The notes under the pieces are model-generated. The model was not told the origin of the DNA. It searched no databases and was given only the letters and a program-made list of their open reading frames with translations. The position numbers and the translations under genes are program-made. 64,000 nt of DNA from an uncultured Gammaproteobacteria bacterium (GTDB taxonomy: Bacteria; Patescibacteriota; Microgenomatia; UBA8517): assembly GCA_965231135.1 (NCBI GenBank), contig OZ246419.1, positions 184,754 through 248,753 of the forward strand. Direction: 5' to 3'. Positions 38,701-49,261 of this stretch are shown piece by piece (positions within the stretch are counted from its first letter, which is position 1; each line of letters opens with the position of its first letter).

Positions 38701-41700
38701 GAAGATAAGACACATGCACGTAGCACTGGTCCATATTCTCTTGTTACACAACAACCACTTGGAGGAAAAGCACAAATGGGAGGACAAAGACTTGGAGAAA
38801 TGGAAGTCTGGGCACTTGAAGCACATAGAGCAGCTCATACTTTGCAGGAAATGTTGACAATAAAATCTGATGATATTGTAGGACGCGCTGCAGCATTTGG
38901 AGCAATTGTTAAAGGACAGGAAATTCCTGAAGCTAAAATACCTGAAAGCTTTAAAGTATTGGTTCGAGAACTTAATGCACTTGGACTTGCAATTGATGTT
39001 GATGGAACAATGGCAGCAGTTACTGAAGAGCACACAACTGATGACGGAGTAGTAATCCAAGAAAAGAAACAACCAGTTACTGATCCACTTTTAAAGCTTC
39101 GCGAACTCGAAGATCTTAAATCTTTGCAAATTAAACTTGCCAGCGAAGGTGAAATAAGATCCTGGAGCCGAGGAGAAGTTACAAAACCAGAGACTATAAA
39201 CTACAGAACACTTAAACCTGAAAAAGACGGACTTTTTGATGAGAGAATATTTGGTCCAACACGCGACTGGGAATGTTACTGTGGAAAGTATAAAAGAATT
39301 CGTTATAAGGGAGTAATTTGCGATAAATGTGGAGTTGAAGTTACAGAAAGCAGAGTTCGACGAGAGAGAATGGGACATATTGCACTTGCAGCTCCTGTAG
39401 TTCATGTATGGTTTTTCAAAGGAGCACCAAGCAAAGTATCTTTACTTCTTGATTTGCCTCCTCGCGCTATTGAGCAAGTTGTCTATTTTGCAAGATATAT
39501 TGTTATGAGCGTTGATGATAAAAAGAGAAAAGAAGCAATTGATGTCTTAATAAAGACTCGAGAAGAAAAAATTAAAGAAACTCGAGAGATTTCTGCAGAA
39601 CGCCGAGAACTTATAAAACAAGACGGAGAAGATCGTAAAGGAAAGATAGCAAACAGAATCAAAGATAAAGAACAAGCAGCTCTTGCAATCAGCGAAGTTG
39701 ATCTTGATGTACGTAAGAAAGAAACTACTTTGGTTGAAGAAGAAAAAGCAACTATTGAGAAAACAACCGAACTTTTTGATCGCATGACTGATTTGGTTAA
39801 GAAAATTAGTCCTTTTGGATTTTTATCTGAGGATGAATACGATCAGCTTTCAACTTATGATGTATCTGATTTTCTTGAAGTAAAAATGGGAGCAGAAGCT
39901 CTTCTTATAGCCTTAAGCAAACTTAATTTGGATGAACTTTCAAAGAGTTTGCGAGCAGAACTTGAAGGATTGCAAGGAAAAGGTGCAAGATATTTGAAAG
40001 TTGCAAAAAGACTTAAGCTTATTGACGGACTTCGTGAGGCAAAAGTAAGCCCAACAAGCGTTATTTTGAAAGTAATCCCAATACTTCCACCAGATTTACG
40101 ACCAATGGTCCAACTTGCTGGAGGAAGATTTGCAACTTCTGACTTGAATGATTTATATAGACGCGTAATAAATAGAAATAACAGACTTAAGCATCTTATT
40201 GGCCTTGGTGCACCAGATATTATTTTAAGGAATGAAAAAAGAATGTTGCAGGAAGCTGTTGACTCTTTAATTGATGCATCTCAGCGAAAAGCTATGCGAC
40301 GTGGACGAGGAAGACTTGCACTTCGATCACTTTCTGACATGCTTAAAGGAAAGCAAGGAAGATTTAGAGCAAATCTTTTGGGTAAGCGTGTGGATTACTC
40401 CGGACGTTCAGTTATTATTGTTGGGCCTGAACTTAATTTGAATCAATGTGGACTTCCAAAGGAAATGGCGCTGGAAATGTTTAAGCCATTTGTACTTCGA
40501 GAAGTTATTAAGCGAGAAATTGCACCTAATGTGAAATCTGCAAAGAATTTACTTGAACGCCGACCACCAGAAGTGTTTGATATTTTGGAAGAAATTACAA
40601 AAGATCATCCAGTGTTACTTAATCGTGCACCAACACTTCATAAACTTGGAATTTTGGCATTTTACCCAGTTTTAATTGAAGGAAGCGCTATCAGACTTCA
40701 TCCAGCAGTATGTTCTGGGTTTGGAGCTGACTTTGACGGAGATCAAATGGCAGTACATGTCCCACTTTCTAAGAAAGCAATCGAAGAAGCTAAGACTCTT
40801 ATGATGTCTGATAAGAATTTACTTAAGACATCTGACGGATCGCCTGTTGCAACGCCCGCTTCAAAGGAAATGGCGCTTGGAGTTTATTATTTCACAAGTT
40901 TAGATACAAGAATGAAAGCTTCTGAAACAATTTTTGCTGACAAAGCTGAAGCAATATTTGCTTATCAAATTGGAAAAGTAGCTTTAAGACAACAAATCAA
41001 GGTCAAAGTTGATAATGAAGTAAATGAAACAACTGTTGGACGCATTTTATTTAATGAAATACTTCCAGAAGGATTTAGATTTGTAAACGAAAACGTTTCT
41101 TCTGGAATTATTAAAGATTTAGTCACTGAAGCTTATACAAAAGTATCTCAAGAGAGACTTGTAAAACTTATTGATGATATTAAGAACCTTGGATTTGTTG
41201 GAGGAACAATTTCAGGACTTTCATTTGCGGTGTCGGATGCTGCAATATTTGAAGGAAAAGCAAAAATTATTAAGGAAGCAGATAAAAAAGTCGACGAAAT
41301 TGAAAAAAGTTTCCATCAAGGTCTTATTACAAACGAAGAAAAGAAAAGAAGCATTCAACAAATCTGGATTGAAACAACTGAAGAAATTGCTGACAAAACC
41401 TGGAATGTAATACCTGCTGATTCACCAATTCGCACAGTTATTGATGCTAAAGTGGGACGCACTTCCCGTGACCAGATTAAGCAGCTTGGTGGAATGAGAG
41501 GTTTGGTCGTTGATCCGCTTGGAAAAATCGTTGAACTTCCTGTCAAAAGCAACTTTAGAGAAGGGCTTTCAGTTTTTGAATATGTTGCATCAGGACGCGG
41601 ATCTCGTAAAGGACTTACTGATACAGCTTTGAAAACAGCTGATGCAGGATATCTTACACGTCGATTAGTTGATGTAACTCATGATGTATTAATTCGTGAA

Positions 41701-42780
41701 GAAGACTGCGGAACAAAAGACGGAATTCTTATTAAAAAATCAGTACGAGGAGGAAGTTTCTACAAGAGAATTTTTGGAAGATTTGATACAAACGGAGAAC
41801 TTATTGATGAAAAGCGAGCAAAAGAACTGGCAGATGATGCAAATGTTACAGAATTTGTAGTTCGTTCCCCTCTTACATGTAAGACAAGATTTGGAGTTTG
41901 CCAGAAGTGTTATGGATGGGACCTTTCAAATAAACAGGTTGTAGAACTTGGAATGCCAATTGGAGTTATTGCGGCACAATCAATTGGAGAACCTGGAACT
42001 CAGCTTACACTTAGAACCAAACATAGCGGAGGAGTTGTTGGAGCTGACGTTACACAAGGACTTCCAAGAGTTGAAGAGTTATTTGAATCTCGTATTCCAA
42101 AAACAGTATCGCCAATTTCTGAAATAGCTGGAAAAGTATCTATCAAAGAGAGCGAAGACGGGAATGTTGTTAAAGTCACAAGTGTTAATACCAAACCAAA
42201 AGAAGAGCGAGAATATATTATCGCAAAGACAAACAAGATTAGTGTTGAGGATGGACAACTTATCGATGCAGGAACACAACTAGCTAGCGGATACCTTGAT
42301 ATTAAAGAAATATTACAAGTACGAGGACTTGGAGCAGCACAAGAATATTTGGTAAATGAATTACAGGCAGTTTATGAATCACAGGGAATTTCAATTAATG
42401 ATCGCCATTTTGAAATCATTGTCCGCAAGATGTGTGATACAGTCCGCATTTTGACAAGCGGAGACAGCAGATTCTTGCCAGAAGAGCTTACTGATAAATC
42501 AACATTTGAAGAAGAAGTTGAAAAAGTTATCGCATCAGGCGGAGAAGCAGCAACTGCAAGACAAATTATACTTGGAGTCACAAAGAGAGCTTTGTACACA
42601 AACAGCTGGCTATCTAGCGCATCTTTCGAACAGACAACTGATGTTTTGGCCGAGTCAGCACTAGAAGGAAGCAAAGATCGCTTACTTGGACTTAAAGAGA
42701 ATGTTATTATTGGCCGCCTAATTCCAATTGATCCAAAGAGAGCGGCTCTTCATGGACAAGCTGAGCCTGCTGCTGTATAA
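35779..42780 (+). CDS. rpoBC: fused RNA polymerase beta-beta' subunit (RpoBC)
   Basis: beta motifs [12 protein letters not shown] and GGQRLGEME, plus beta' motifs [14 protein letters not shown] and ADFDGD in one ORF; likely start ATG 35779. Confidence 0.95.
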   Translation: MANKQNRRNFGRTENNLPELDLSLVQRQSWDWFLKEGISEELTNISPVEDFAGKNWELSFGKHTLEASQVTPKEAREKGITYSTPFKVETTLTNKRTGASVTQEVFFGNIPQMTTVGTFIINGIERTVINQIVRSPGAYFSGTLDAASGRMLYKAEIRPLHHGSWLEFETGRNDVISARIDRRRKVNAATILRALGIYSNDEITRIFADVNKDGNHNYVQKTIEKDPTRTREDALLEIYKKLRPGEPALLDNAETLFHNLFFDNRHYDLGKVGRYKINKRLGLNVENNKQNWVLTKDDIVQTLHYLIGLQNGIGRVDDIDHLSNRRLRCVGELVATHAFRTGLLRLERSIKEKMSLVSQEEKPNPSALINARPLIASLNEFFRSNQLSTILDNTNPLSEIDNLRRVSVLGPGGINRERASFSIRDVNPSQYGRIDPVRSPEGMNIGLVTYLTLYARVNEFGFIETPYKKVDNRKITNEIVYLTADDEEKYYITHNGINIDDSGKITDDRVAIRYAGNFTEGSSKLVQYIDLTPRQVFGASASLIPFLDHDEGNRALMGSNMQCQAVPLVAPSSPVVGTGMEATVASSMGRVVKAEYPGTVSFVDADKIEIKLDKQSLSAKADKKLPDDAVLSRDGKTITYYLTKFWRTSQSTCYNQKAKVVLGQKLNPGDLIIDGPATEDGELALGQNLVVAYASISGYGFEDAILISDRIVKDDLLTSINIREYTADVVETKLGPEVVTKDIPNVSEDQLANLASDGIVVVGAEVHPNDILVGKIAPKGEMELTAEERLLRAIFGEKAREVRDTSLRVPHGEEGIVIDVQVLSKEKGDELAPGVISSVIVKVAQLRKVTVGDKIAGRHGNKGVISKIMPEADMPYLPDGTPVDLVISPLSVLARMNLGQLLECHLGWALDKNHSKASVPVFDKIPESKIHDELKEAGLPVSGKTRLIDGRTGEALSEDTVVGIGYIMKLKHMIEDKTHARSTGPYSLVTQQPLGGKAQMGGQRLGEMEVWALEAHRAAHTLQEMLTIKSDDIVGRAAAFGAIVKGQEIPEAKIPESFKVLVRELNALGLAIDVDGTMAAVTEEHTTDDGVVIQEKKQPVTDPLLKLRELEDLKSLQIKLASEGEIRSWSRGEVTKPETINYRTLKPEKDGLFDERIFGPTRDWECYCGKYKRIRYKGVICDKCGVEVTESRVRRERMGHIALAAPVVHVWFFKGAPSKVSLLLDLPPRAIEQVVYFARYIVMSVDDKKRKEAIDVLIKTREEKIKETREISAERRELIKQDGEDRKGKIANRIKDKEQAALAISEVDLDVRKKETTLVEEEKATIEKTTELFDRMTDLVKKISPFGFLSEDEYDQLSTYDVSDFLEVKMGAEALLIALSKLNLDELSKSLRAELEGLQGKGARYLKVAKRLKLIDGLREAKVSPTSVILKVIPILPPDLRPMVQLAGGRFATSDLNDLYRRVINRNNRLKHLIGLGAPDIILRNEKRMLQEAVDSLIDASQRKAMRRGRGRLALRSLSDMLKGKQGRFRANLLGKRVDYSGRSVIIVGPELNLNQCGLPKEMALEMFKPFVLREVIKREIAPNVKSAKNLLERRPPEVFDILEEITKDHPVLLNRAPTLHKLGILAFYPVLIEGSAIRLHPAVCSGFGADFDGDQMAVHVPLSKKAIEEAKTLMMSDKNLLKTSDGSPVATPASKEMALGVYYFTSLDTRMKASETIFADKAEAIFAYQIGKVALRQQIKVKVDNEVNETTVGRILFNEILPEGFRFVNENVSSGIIKDLVTEAYTKVSQERLVKLIDDIKNLGFVGGTISGLSFAVSDAAIFEGKAKIIKEADKKVDEIEKSFHQGLITNEEKKRSIQQIWIETTEEIADKTWNVIPADSPIRTVIDAKVGRTSRDQIKQLGGMRGLVVDPLGKIVELPVKSNFREGLSVFEYVASGRGSRKGLTDTALKTADAGYLTRRLVDVTHDVLIREEDCGTKDGILIKKSVRGGSFYKRIFGRFDTNGELIDEKRAKELADDANVTEFVVRSPLTCKTRFGVCQKCYGWDLSNKQVVELGMPIGVIAAQSIGEPGTQLTLRTKHSGGVVGADVTQGLPRVEELFESRIPKTVSPISEIAGKVSIKESEDGNVVKVTSVNTKPKEEREYIIAKTNKISVEDGQLIDAGTQLASGYLDIKEILQVRGLGAAQEYLVNELQAVYESQGISINDRHFEIIVRKMCDTVRILTSGDSRFLPEELTDKSTFEEEVEKVIASGGEAATARQIILGVTKRALYTNSWLSSASFEQTTDVLAESALEGSKDRLLGLKENVIIGRLIPIDPKRAALHGQAEPAAV
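37616..37646 (+). repeat. double-hairpin element inserted in frame in rpoB portion
   Basis: ATAAGC-AAA-GCTTGT-CAGC-TAAA-GCTG-ATAA; 30/31 identical to the copy at 16784. Confidence 0.92.
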
Positions 42781-42788
42781 TTTAGCCT

Positions 42789-43241
42789 ATGCCAACGATT
42801 GCACAATTAATTAGAAAACCAAGAAGCAAAAAACCAACAAAGCAAAAGGCAACGTCTTTAAAATGGTGGTTTAATGCAAAGGACAGAAAATTTAAAAGAG
42901 AGTCTTCTCCTTTCAAAAGAGGAGTGGTGCTATCTGTGCGTACAATGACTCCAAAGAAACCAAATTCAGCTCTTAGAAAAGTGGCAAGAGTTCGACTTTC
43001 AAATAAACAAGAAGTTACAGCTTATATTATGGGTGAAGGACATGAGCTTGCAGAACATGCAATTGTTTTAGTTCGCGGAGGCCGTGTCAAAGATTTACCA
43101 GGAGTTAAATATCATATAGTACGAGGCAAAAACGATACAACAGGAGTTGTTGGACGAAAGACTGCAAGAAGCCGATATGGTACAAAGAGGGAAGGAGGAT
43201 CCGCCAATGCGAAGACAGCAAGCGCGAGTGCGACAGCTTAA
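42789..43241 (+). CDS. rpsL: 30S ribosomal protein S12
   Basis: [23 protein letters not shown]. Confidence 0.99.
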   Translation: MPTIAQLIRKPRSKKPTKQKATSLKWWFNAKDRKFKRESSPFKRGVVLSVRTMTPKKPNSALRKVARVRLSNKQEVTAYIMGEGHELAEHAIVLVRGGRVKDLPGVKYHIVRGKNDTTGVVGRKTARSRYGTKREGGSANAKTASASATA

Positions 43242-43683
43242 CCCTGATCCAATTTATAATGACGTTTTAGTAAGTAAACTTATTAATCGTTCAATGCGCG
43301 ATGGAAAGAAAAGTGTTGCCCAAACTCAAATTTATAAAGCTTTTGAAATTATTAAAGAACAAACAAAAGAGGATCCAATGAAAATTTTCCACGCTGCTAT
43401 GGAAAATATTTCTCCAAACATGGAAGTGCGACCAAGAAGAATTGGAGGAGCTGCTTATCAAGTCCCAATGAGTGTACGAGGAACAAGACGAGAAACTCTT
43501 GCAATAAGATGGCTTGTGACTGTAGCTCGTACAAAATCAAACACTGAATTTCATAGTTTTGGAGAAAAGATGGCTTCAGAATTAATGGATGCATATAAAG
43601 GTGAAGGAATGGCAATGAAGAAAAAGAAAGACGTTGAAAATATGGCAGAAGCAAATAGAGCATTTGCTCACTTCAAGTGGTAA
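43207..43683 (+). CDS. rpsG: 30S ribosomal protein S7
   Basis: [22 protein letters not shown]; ATG 43207 follows AAGGAGG. Confidence 0.97.
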   Translation: MRRQQARVRQLNPDPIYNDVLVSKLINRSMRDGKKSVAQTQIYKAFEIIKEQTKEDPMKIFHAAMENISPNMEVRPRRIGGAAYQVPMSVRGTRRETLAIRWLVTVARTKSNTEFHSFGEKMASELMDAYKGEGMAMKKKKDVENMAEANRAFAHFKW

Positions 43684-43687
43684 GTAT

Positions 43688-43957
43688 ATGGCTGAGAATT
43701 TAAGACTAAATCCTGACGAAGAAGAAGCAGCAGGTTGGGTTGCTAAAATGAATGAACCGAATGTATCTAGAGTATTAGATAGTTTACAAGATGATTATCC
43801 AGATTCCGATGTGGTGGTTAAACCTTTAATTTTGAATGAAGTTTATGGTGTTATATTTGGAAATAGAGGTAGTTCTACTAATAGATATTTAGTTGTTAAT
43901 GTAAGTATTAGACAAGATAAAGTGTACGGTACAGAAGTGAAAGAAGGAAGAATTTGA
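43688..43957 (+). CDS. hypothetical protein inside str operon
   Basis: 89-aa ORF from ATG 43688 exactly filling the rpsG-fusA gap. Confidence 0.55.
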   Translation: MAENLRLNPDEEEAAGWVAKMNEPNVSRVLDSLQDDYPDSDVVVKPLILNEVYGVIFGNRGSSTNRYLVVNVSIRQDKVYGTEVKEGRI

Positions 43958-43958
43958 T

Positions 43959-46139
43959 ATGGCACAGGTACAAGCAACAAAGAAAAAGGCAGCGATGGTG
44001 ATGAGTACGACTACTGATCGTAATCTTCCAATGGAAAAAATCCGAAATATCGGGATTATTGCCCATATTGACGCTGGAAAAACTACAACTACTGAAACAA
44101 TTCTTTTTGAAACAGGCAGAGTTTACAAAAAAGGAGATGTAACTGACGGAACAACAGCAACTGACTGGATGCCTCAAGAGAGAGAACGAGGAATTACAAT
44201 AGTTTCTGCTGCTATCACAACTTTTTGGGATCCAAGCGAGCGAATTAAAGATTTCAAGAGTGCAGTAGAGGGCGGTAAATACAGAATTAATATTATCGAT
44301 ACTCCAGGACATATTGATTTTACGGCTGAAGTAGAGCGATCGCTTCGTGTACTTGATGGAGCTGTAATGGTTTTTGATGGACGAACTGGAGTTGAATCAC
44401 AATCAGAAACTGTTTGGAGGCAAGCTAATAAATATAACGTGCCGCGTGTTTGTATTCTTAATAAATTAAATTTAATTGGAGCTGACTTTGAAGGAAGCAT
44501 AAAATCCATTCATGAAAGACTTGGAGCAAACGCAAGCCCAATTAATATTCCAATAGGCAATGAACACGAGCTTCGTGGAGCAGTTGATCTTATTAAAATG
44601 AAAGCTTACACATACAAAGGAATTGAAGATAAAGATCTTACCGAAGAAGAAATCCCAGGAGATTTAATGGACAAAGCAAAAGAATTTAGAACAAAACTTA
44701 TTGAAGCTGTTGCGGAGTTTGATGATGAAGTACTTTCTAAATACTTGGAAGGACAAGAACTTACAGAAGTTGAAATAAAACGAGCTATTCGAAAAGGAAC
44801 AGTACAAGGAAAATTCTTCCCAATTTTGGGCGGAGACAATCGTATGGCAACTGTCCAACTTTTACTTGATGCAGTTGTTGAATACTTACCTTCTCCAAAC
44901 GATGTCCCTCCTGTCAAAGGAATTAATCCAAAAACTGGTTTGGAAGAAGAAAGAAAGCCAGAAAACAGTGAACCTTTTTCAGGGCTTGCATTTAAAGTTA
45001 TTACAGATCCACATGTTGGACGACTTGTTTATGTCCGTATTTATTCAGGAACCTTGAAACCTGGAGATGAAGTTTATAATGTTACAAAATCTCGAGGAGA
45101 GAGAATTGGAAAATTGGTTTTAATGCATGCAGACCAGAGAGAACTTATTAACGAAGCTTATGCTGGAGAAATTGTTGCTGTTGTTGGAATTAAAGATACA
45201 ACCACAGGAGACTCAATAACAAACCCAGCACATCCACTTCATTTGGAATCAATTACTTTTCCTGAGCCAGTGGTGTCTTTGGCAATTGAACCTGCTACAA
45301 AATCAGATCAAGAGAAAATGGGAATTGCACTTTCAAAACTTTCTGACGAAGATCCAACTTTCCATATAAAAAGCAATCCTGAAACTGGGCAAACAATTAT
45401 TTCAGGAATGGGAGAACTTCAGCTTGAAGTCTTGGTTGACCGTATGAAACGTGAATTTAATGTTGTTGCGACAACCGGAGCTCCACAAGTAGCTTTCAAA
45501 GAAACTATTAAGAAAGAAGGAGAAGGAGAAGGGAAATATGTCAGGCAAACTGGAGGCCGCGGACAATATGGACACTGTTTGCTTCGCGTTGAGCCAAAGG
45601 GAAGAGGAGAAGGATTTGAGTTTGTTAATGCAATTAAAGGAGGAGCAATTCCAGCTGAGTTTATTGCTCCAATTGAAAAAGGAGTTAAAGAGAAGCTTGA
45701 AAACGGAATTTTGGCAGGATTTCCACTAGTAGATATAAAAGTTACAGTTTATGACGGAAGTTATCATGATGTTGACTCTTCAGAAATGGCTTTTAAGATT
45801 GCTGGAAGCATGGCAGTTGAAGCTGCGTGCCGTAAGGCTGATATGATTCTTCTTGAACCAATTGTAAAAGTTGAAGTTTCAACTCCAGCTGAGTTTATGG
45901 GAGATATTATTGGAAGCCTTTCAAGTAAACGTGGACAAATTAGCGGAACTGAAGAAAAAGGAATGATGACTGTAATTAATGGAACAGCTCCTTTGATGGA
46001 ACTTAGCGGATATGCGACACAGTTGAGATCAATTTCTCAAGGAAGAGCTTCAGCTTATATCGAGCCTTCTCACTACGAGGAAGTTCCTGCAAATATTACT
46101 GCACAGATAGTTGCGAAGAGCGGAAAAGCTATAAACTAA
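43959..46139 (+). CDS. fusA: elongation factor G
   Basis: RNIGIIAHIDAGKTT, QERERGITI, DTPGHIDF. Confidence 0.99.
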   Translation: MAQVQATKKKAAMVMSTTTDRNLPMEKIRNIGIIAHIDAGKTTTTETILFETGRVYKKGDVTDGTTATDWMPQERERGITIVSAAITTFWDPSERIKDFKSAVEGGKYRINIIDTPGHIDFTAEVERSLRVLDGAVMVFDGRTGVESQSETVWRQANKYNVPRVCILNKLNLIGADFEGSIKSIHERLGANASPINIPIGNEHELRGAVDLIKMKAYTYKGIEDKDLTEEEIPGDLMDKAKEFRTKLIEAVAEFDDEVLSKYLEGQELTEVEIKRAIRKGTVQGKFFPILGGDNRMATVQLLLDAVVEYLPSPNDVPPVKGINPKTGLEEERKPENSEPFSGLAFKVITDPHVGRLVYVRIYSGTLKPGDEVYNVTKSRGERIGKLVLMHADQRELINEAYAGEIVAVVGIKDTTTGDSITNPAHPLHLESITFPEPVVSLAIEPATKSDQEKMGIALSKLSDEDPTFHIKSNPETGQTIISGMGELQLEVLVDRMKREFNVVATTGAPQVAFKETIKKEGEGEGKYVRQTGGRGQYGHCLLRVEPKGRGEGFEFVNAIKGGAIPAEFIAPIEKGVKEKLENGILAGFPLVDIKVTVYDGSYHDVDSSEMAFKIAGSMAVEAACRKADMILLEPIVKVEVSTPAEFMGDIIGSLSSKRGQISGTEEKGMMTVINGTAPLMELSGYATQLRSISQGRASAYIEPSHYEEVPANITAQIVAKSGKAIN

Positions 46140-46141
46140 AT

Positions 46142-46414
46142 ATGGAAAATATTTCTAGAAGAGGAGTCGGATTTAGATTGGATAGTCGCAAAATTGGCGA
46201 AGAAGTTACTATTGTTCCAAGAAGTGTTGATCAATTGACAATGAATTATGTTGTCTTGGTTGTGGATCGTAAAGATTCAAAAAAACAACCAGGTAATCCC
46301 ATGATTAAGGTGAGGTTTGCGAATCAGGGTGGTAGTGGTTTTTATCTTGGCGGAGGTACGGCAGCCGTACCAGTTAAAACTTCATTTATAGGTCTTTCTG
46401 AAGAAGATTTCTAA
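46142..46414 (+). CDS. hypothetical protein
   Basis: 90-aa ORF 2 nt after the fusA stop. Confidence 0.5.
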   Translation: MENISRRGVGFRLDSRKIGEEVTIVPRSVDQLTMNYVVLVVDRKDSKKQPGNPMIKVRFANQGGSGFYLGGGTAAVPVKTSFIGLSEEDF

Positions 46415-46440
46415 CGTGGAAAAGCTAAAGCATAAAATAA

Positions 46441-46941
46441 ATGAAAAGATCTTCAATTCCTAAGGAATTAGAACGTGAAGTTCTAGTTGAAGCTGGTCAC
46501 AGATGTGCGATTCCTACTTGTCAGAGAACTCCCGTAGAAATAGCTCATATAGATCCATGGTTTAAAGTGAAAGAGCATAGATTTGAAAATTTGATTGCTC
46601 TTTGTCCAAATTGTCATGATAGATATGATAAAAAACATGAAATTGATAGGAAATCTATGCTTCGATATAAAGCTAATCTTTCGGTAATTAATAATAGATA
46701 TGGCGACCTAGAGAAAAGAATACTTACACTTTTTGCTGAAAGTCCAAATGATGAATTTGTTTGGGTTGTTGGAGGATTGGATATATTATTAATGTATTTA
46801 TTGAGAGATGGATTATTAGTTCCTTCAGGTAAGGATAGTGGAGTTATACTTTCCGGTATTCCTTCTGCTAAAGAATATCGTTTGACTACAAAAGGCAGAG
46901 GGTTTGTTAATAACTGGGTTTCACCAAGAAAATTAAGTTGA
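46441..46941 (+). CDS. HNH endonuclease
   Basis: CAIPTC...EIAHI...ENLIALCPNCH. Confidence 0.85.
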   Translation: MKRSSIPKELEREVLVEAGHRCAIPTCQRTPVEIAHIDPWFKVKEHRFENLIALCPNCHDRYDKKHEIDRKSMLRYKANLSVINNRYGDLEKRILTLFAESPNDEFVWVVGGLDILLMYLLRDGLLVPSGKDSGVILSGIPSAKEYRLTTKGRGFVNNWVSPRKLS

Positions 46942-46952
46942 TTAATTGCCTG

Positions 46953-46981
46953 TTGACAGGCTTAAACTAGCCTCATATAAT
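46953..46981 (+). promoter_or_regulatory. consensus sigma70 promoter of tuf
   Basis: TTGACA-N17-TATAAT. Confidence 0.9.
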
Positions 46982-47055
46982 ACCTACAGTTATCTCGGCA
47001 AATGTCGGGATTTACTTTTCCCTAGAATTAGGGTAATATACAAGAATAAATAAAT

Positions 47056-48252
47056 ATGGCAGGAGATGTAAAACAACATTTTGATCGCAGCAAACCACAT
47101 GTCAACATTGGTACTATTGGCCACGTTGATCACGGAAAAACAACTTTAACTTCAGCAATTGCTACAGTTTTATCAAAGCAACCAGGAAACACATCAAAAG
47201 CTATGGCTTATGACCAAATCGATTCTTCTCCTGAAGAAAAAGCAAGAGGCGTCACCATTAACATTACGCACGTCGAATACGAAACAAAGAAAAGACATTA
47301 TGCTCATATCGATGCTCCAGGACATGCAGATTATATTAAGAACATGATTACAGGTGCAGCTCAAATGGACGGAGCAATCTTGGTTGTCTCAGCACCAGAT
47401 GGAGCAATGCCACAAACAAGAGAACACGTAATCCTTGCAAGACAAGTCAACGTTCCAGCACTTGTTGTAGCACTTAACAAAATTGATATGGTTCAAGATG
47501 AAGAGCTTGTACAATTGGTTGAAGATGATATCAGAAGCTTGCTTGAGAAATATCAATATCCAAAAGATACTCCAATAGTTAGAGTTTCAGCTCTTAAAGC
47601 ACTTGAAGGAGATAAAGATGCTGAAGCGCAGATCATGAAATTAATGGATACAGTTGATGAATATATTCCAGATCCAGTTCGAGAAACAGATAAACCTTTC
47701 TTAATGCCTGTTGAAGATGTCTTCTCTATAAAGGGGCGAGGAACAGTTGTTACCGGACGCGTTGAACGTGGAATGCTTAAAGTAAATGAAGAAGTTGAGA
47801 TTGTTGGAATTAAAGCAACTGCAAAATCAGTTGTTACGGGAATTGAAATGTTCCGCAAAACACTTGATGAAGCACAAGCTGGAGATAACACAGGACTTTT
47901 ACTTCGAGGAATTGAAAAAGATGATATAGAACGCGGACAAGTTTTGGCAAAGCCAGGCTCAATTACACCTCATACAGAATTTGATGCTGAAGTTTATATT
48001 CTTAGTAAAGAAGAGGGCGGACGCCATACACCATTCTTTACAGGATACAAACCACAATTTTACATTAGAACAGCTGATGTAACTGGAGAAGTCACACTTA
48101 ATGAAGGGGTTGAAATGATAGTGCCTGGAGATAATGCCAAAATGAAAGTTAAATTAATAGTCCCTGTAGCTATGGAAGAGGGACTACGCTTTGCAATTCG
48201 AGAAGGAAGCAAAACAGTAGGCGCTGGTGTTATCACCAAGATTATAGCCTAA
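47056..48252 (+). CDS. tuf: elongation factor Tu
   Basis: [28 protein letters not shown]. Confidence 0.99.
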   Translation: MAGDVKQHFDRSKPHVNIGTIGHVDHGKTTLTSAIATVLSKQPGNTSKAMAYDQIDSSPEEKARGVTINITHVEYETKKRHYAHIDAPGHADYIKNMITGAAQMDGAILVVSAPDGAMPQTREHVILARQVNVPALVVALNKIDMVQDEELVQLVEDDIRSLLEKYQYPKDTPIVRVSALKALEGDKDAEAQIMKLMDTVDEYIPDPVRETDKPFLMPVEDVFSIKGRGTVVTGRVERGMLKVNEEVEIVGIKATAKSVVTGIEMFRKTLDEAQAGDNTGLLLRGIEKDDIERGQVLAKPGSITPHTEFDAEVYILSKEEGGRHTPFFTGYKPQFYIRTADVTGEVTLNEGVEMIVPGDNAKMKVKLIVPVAMEEGLRFAIREGSKTVGAGVITKIIA

Positions 48253-48269
48253 GCACTTTAAAACGATTT

Positions 48270-48581
48270 ATGCCAGTTGGAAGACTTAGAGTCAAATTAA
48301 AAGCATATGATGCTCGCGTTCTAGATGAAGCAGCAAGTAAAATACTTGAGACTGCTATTGCAACCGGCGCAAAAATCGTTGGACCAATCCCCTTACCTAC
48401 AAAAAGAAGTATAGTTTCTATTGTGCCATCAACCTCAAGAGGAATTAAAAATCATCAAGATCATTATGAAATGTTAGTTCATAAAAGATTAATTGACATT
48501 GTGGATCCATCTGATCGTACAATTGATTCATTATCTAATTTAGATCTTCCAGCAGGTGTCTCCATTGAGATTAAGATGTAA
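48270..48581 (+). CDS. rpsJ: 30S ribosomal protein S10
   Basis: GPIPLPT, HKRLIDI, LPAGVSIEI. Confidence 0.97.
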   Translation: MPVGRLRVKLKAYDARVLDEAASKILETAIATGAKIVGPIPLPTKRSIVSIVPSTSRGIKNHQDHYEMLVHKRLIDIVDPSDRTIDSLSNLDLPAGVSIEIKM

Positions 48582-48587
48582 GATTGC

Positions 48588-49007
48588 TTATATCTTAAAA
48601 TCCTTCTTAATTTTATTAAGTATTTTTTCTTTAATGATTGGAAAATTGACTATTTCTTGAGTGTATTGTTCTTTATTTAGGTCCGAAATTAGATTTCCAA
48701 AGCCAGACTTGCTTTGTTCTGATTTCTCTGGTCTAATTCCTGCAAAACCAACTGCTCCACAGTGAGGGCATGGTCCTTCTATCCACTCTTTGGCAGTACA
48801 TTTCCAGCATTTACCACATCTACAACAATCTCTTAATATGCATTCATCCGGACTGTTTGTATCTTTTATGCCACAAAAAGGTAAAACCTCTTTTGGTTTT
48901 GTCATGGTAGTTACAACTTTATTGCAATCTGGACAGACGCTTCCTGCTGGGAGAAATGCCCCGCATATTTGACAGAAAGATGTGTTGTCTAGTTTTTCTG
49001 AAGACAT
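48588..49007 (-). CDS. Cys-rich zinc-finger-like hypothetical protein
   Basis: CxxC pairs and CCRCGKCWKC; start moved to ATG 49007 (TATAAT 6 nt upstream). Confidence 0.6.
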   Translation of the reverse strand: MSSEKLDNTSFCQICGAFLPAGSVCPDCNKVVTTMTKPKEVLPFCGIKDTNSPDECILRDCCRCGKCWKCTAKEWIEGPCPHCGAVGFAGIRPEKSEQSKSGFGNLISDLNKEQYTQEIVNFPIIKEKILNKIKKDFKI

Positions 49008-49101
49008 TTGATGATTATACAATAAATCGAACTTAAATTCTATTATTATAGGTTTAAATAGAGTATTTTATTTTTTTGTAACGCATAGCATTTAGCCTTG
49101 C

Positions 49102-49130
49102 TTGCAAGCTTGCCTTCAGTTTGATATAAT
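49102..49130 (+). promoter_or_regulatory. promoter of rplC operon
   Basis: TTGCAA-N17-TATAAT with TG extension. Confidence 0.75.
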
Positions 49131-49201
49131 TTCACTTAATAAATGAGGAGGGGAACCGCCTAACTAACCTCGAGGTAGTCTTGATTTGAAACCAGTAACT
49201 G

Positions 49202-49224
49202 GGTGTCGACGAGACACCTTTTTT
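49202..49224 (+). terminator. intrinsic terminator in rplC 5' leader (attenuator candidate)
   Basis: GGTGTC-GACGA-GACACC-TTTTTT. Confidence 0.7.
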
Positions 49225-49261
49225 ATTGTCTCTAGCTAGGCATGTTAGCGTTACGACTAAT

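Noticed and set aside
43686-43963. ATATGGC repeat flanking the rpsG-fusA orphan as a target duplication
   Set aside because: ATATGG(C) is the common start context here (also dnaJ, tuf, rplV, rpsD).
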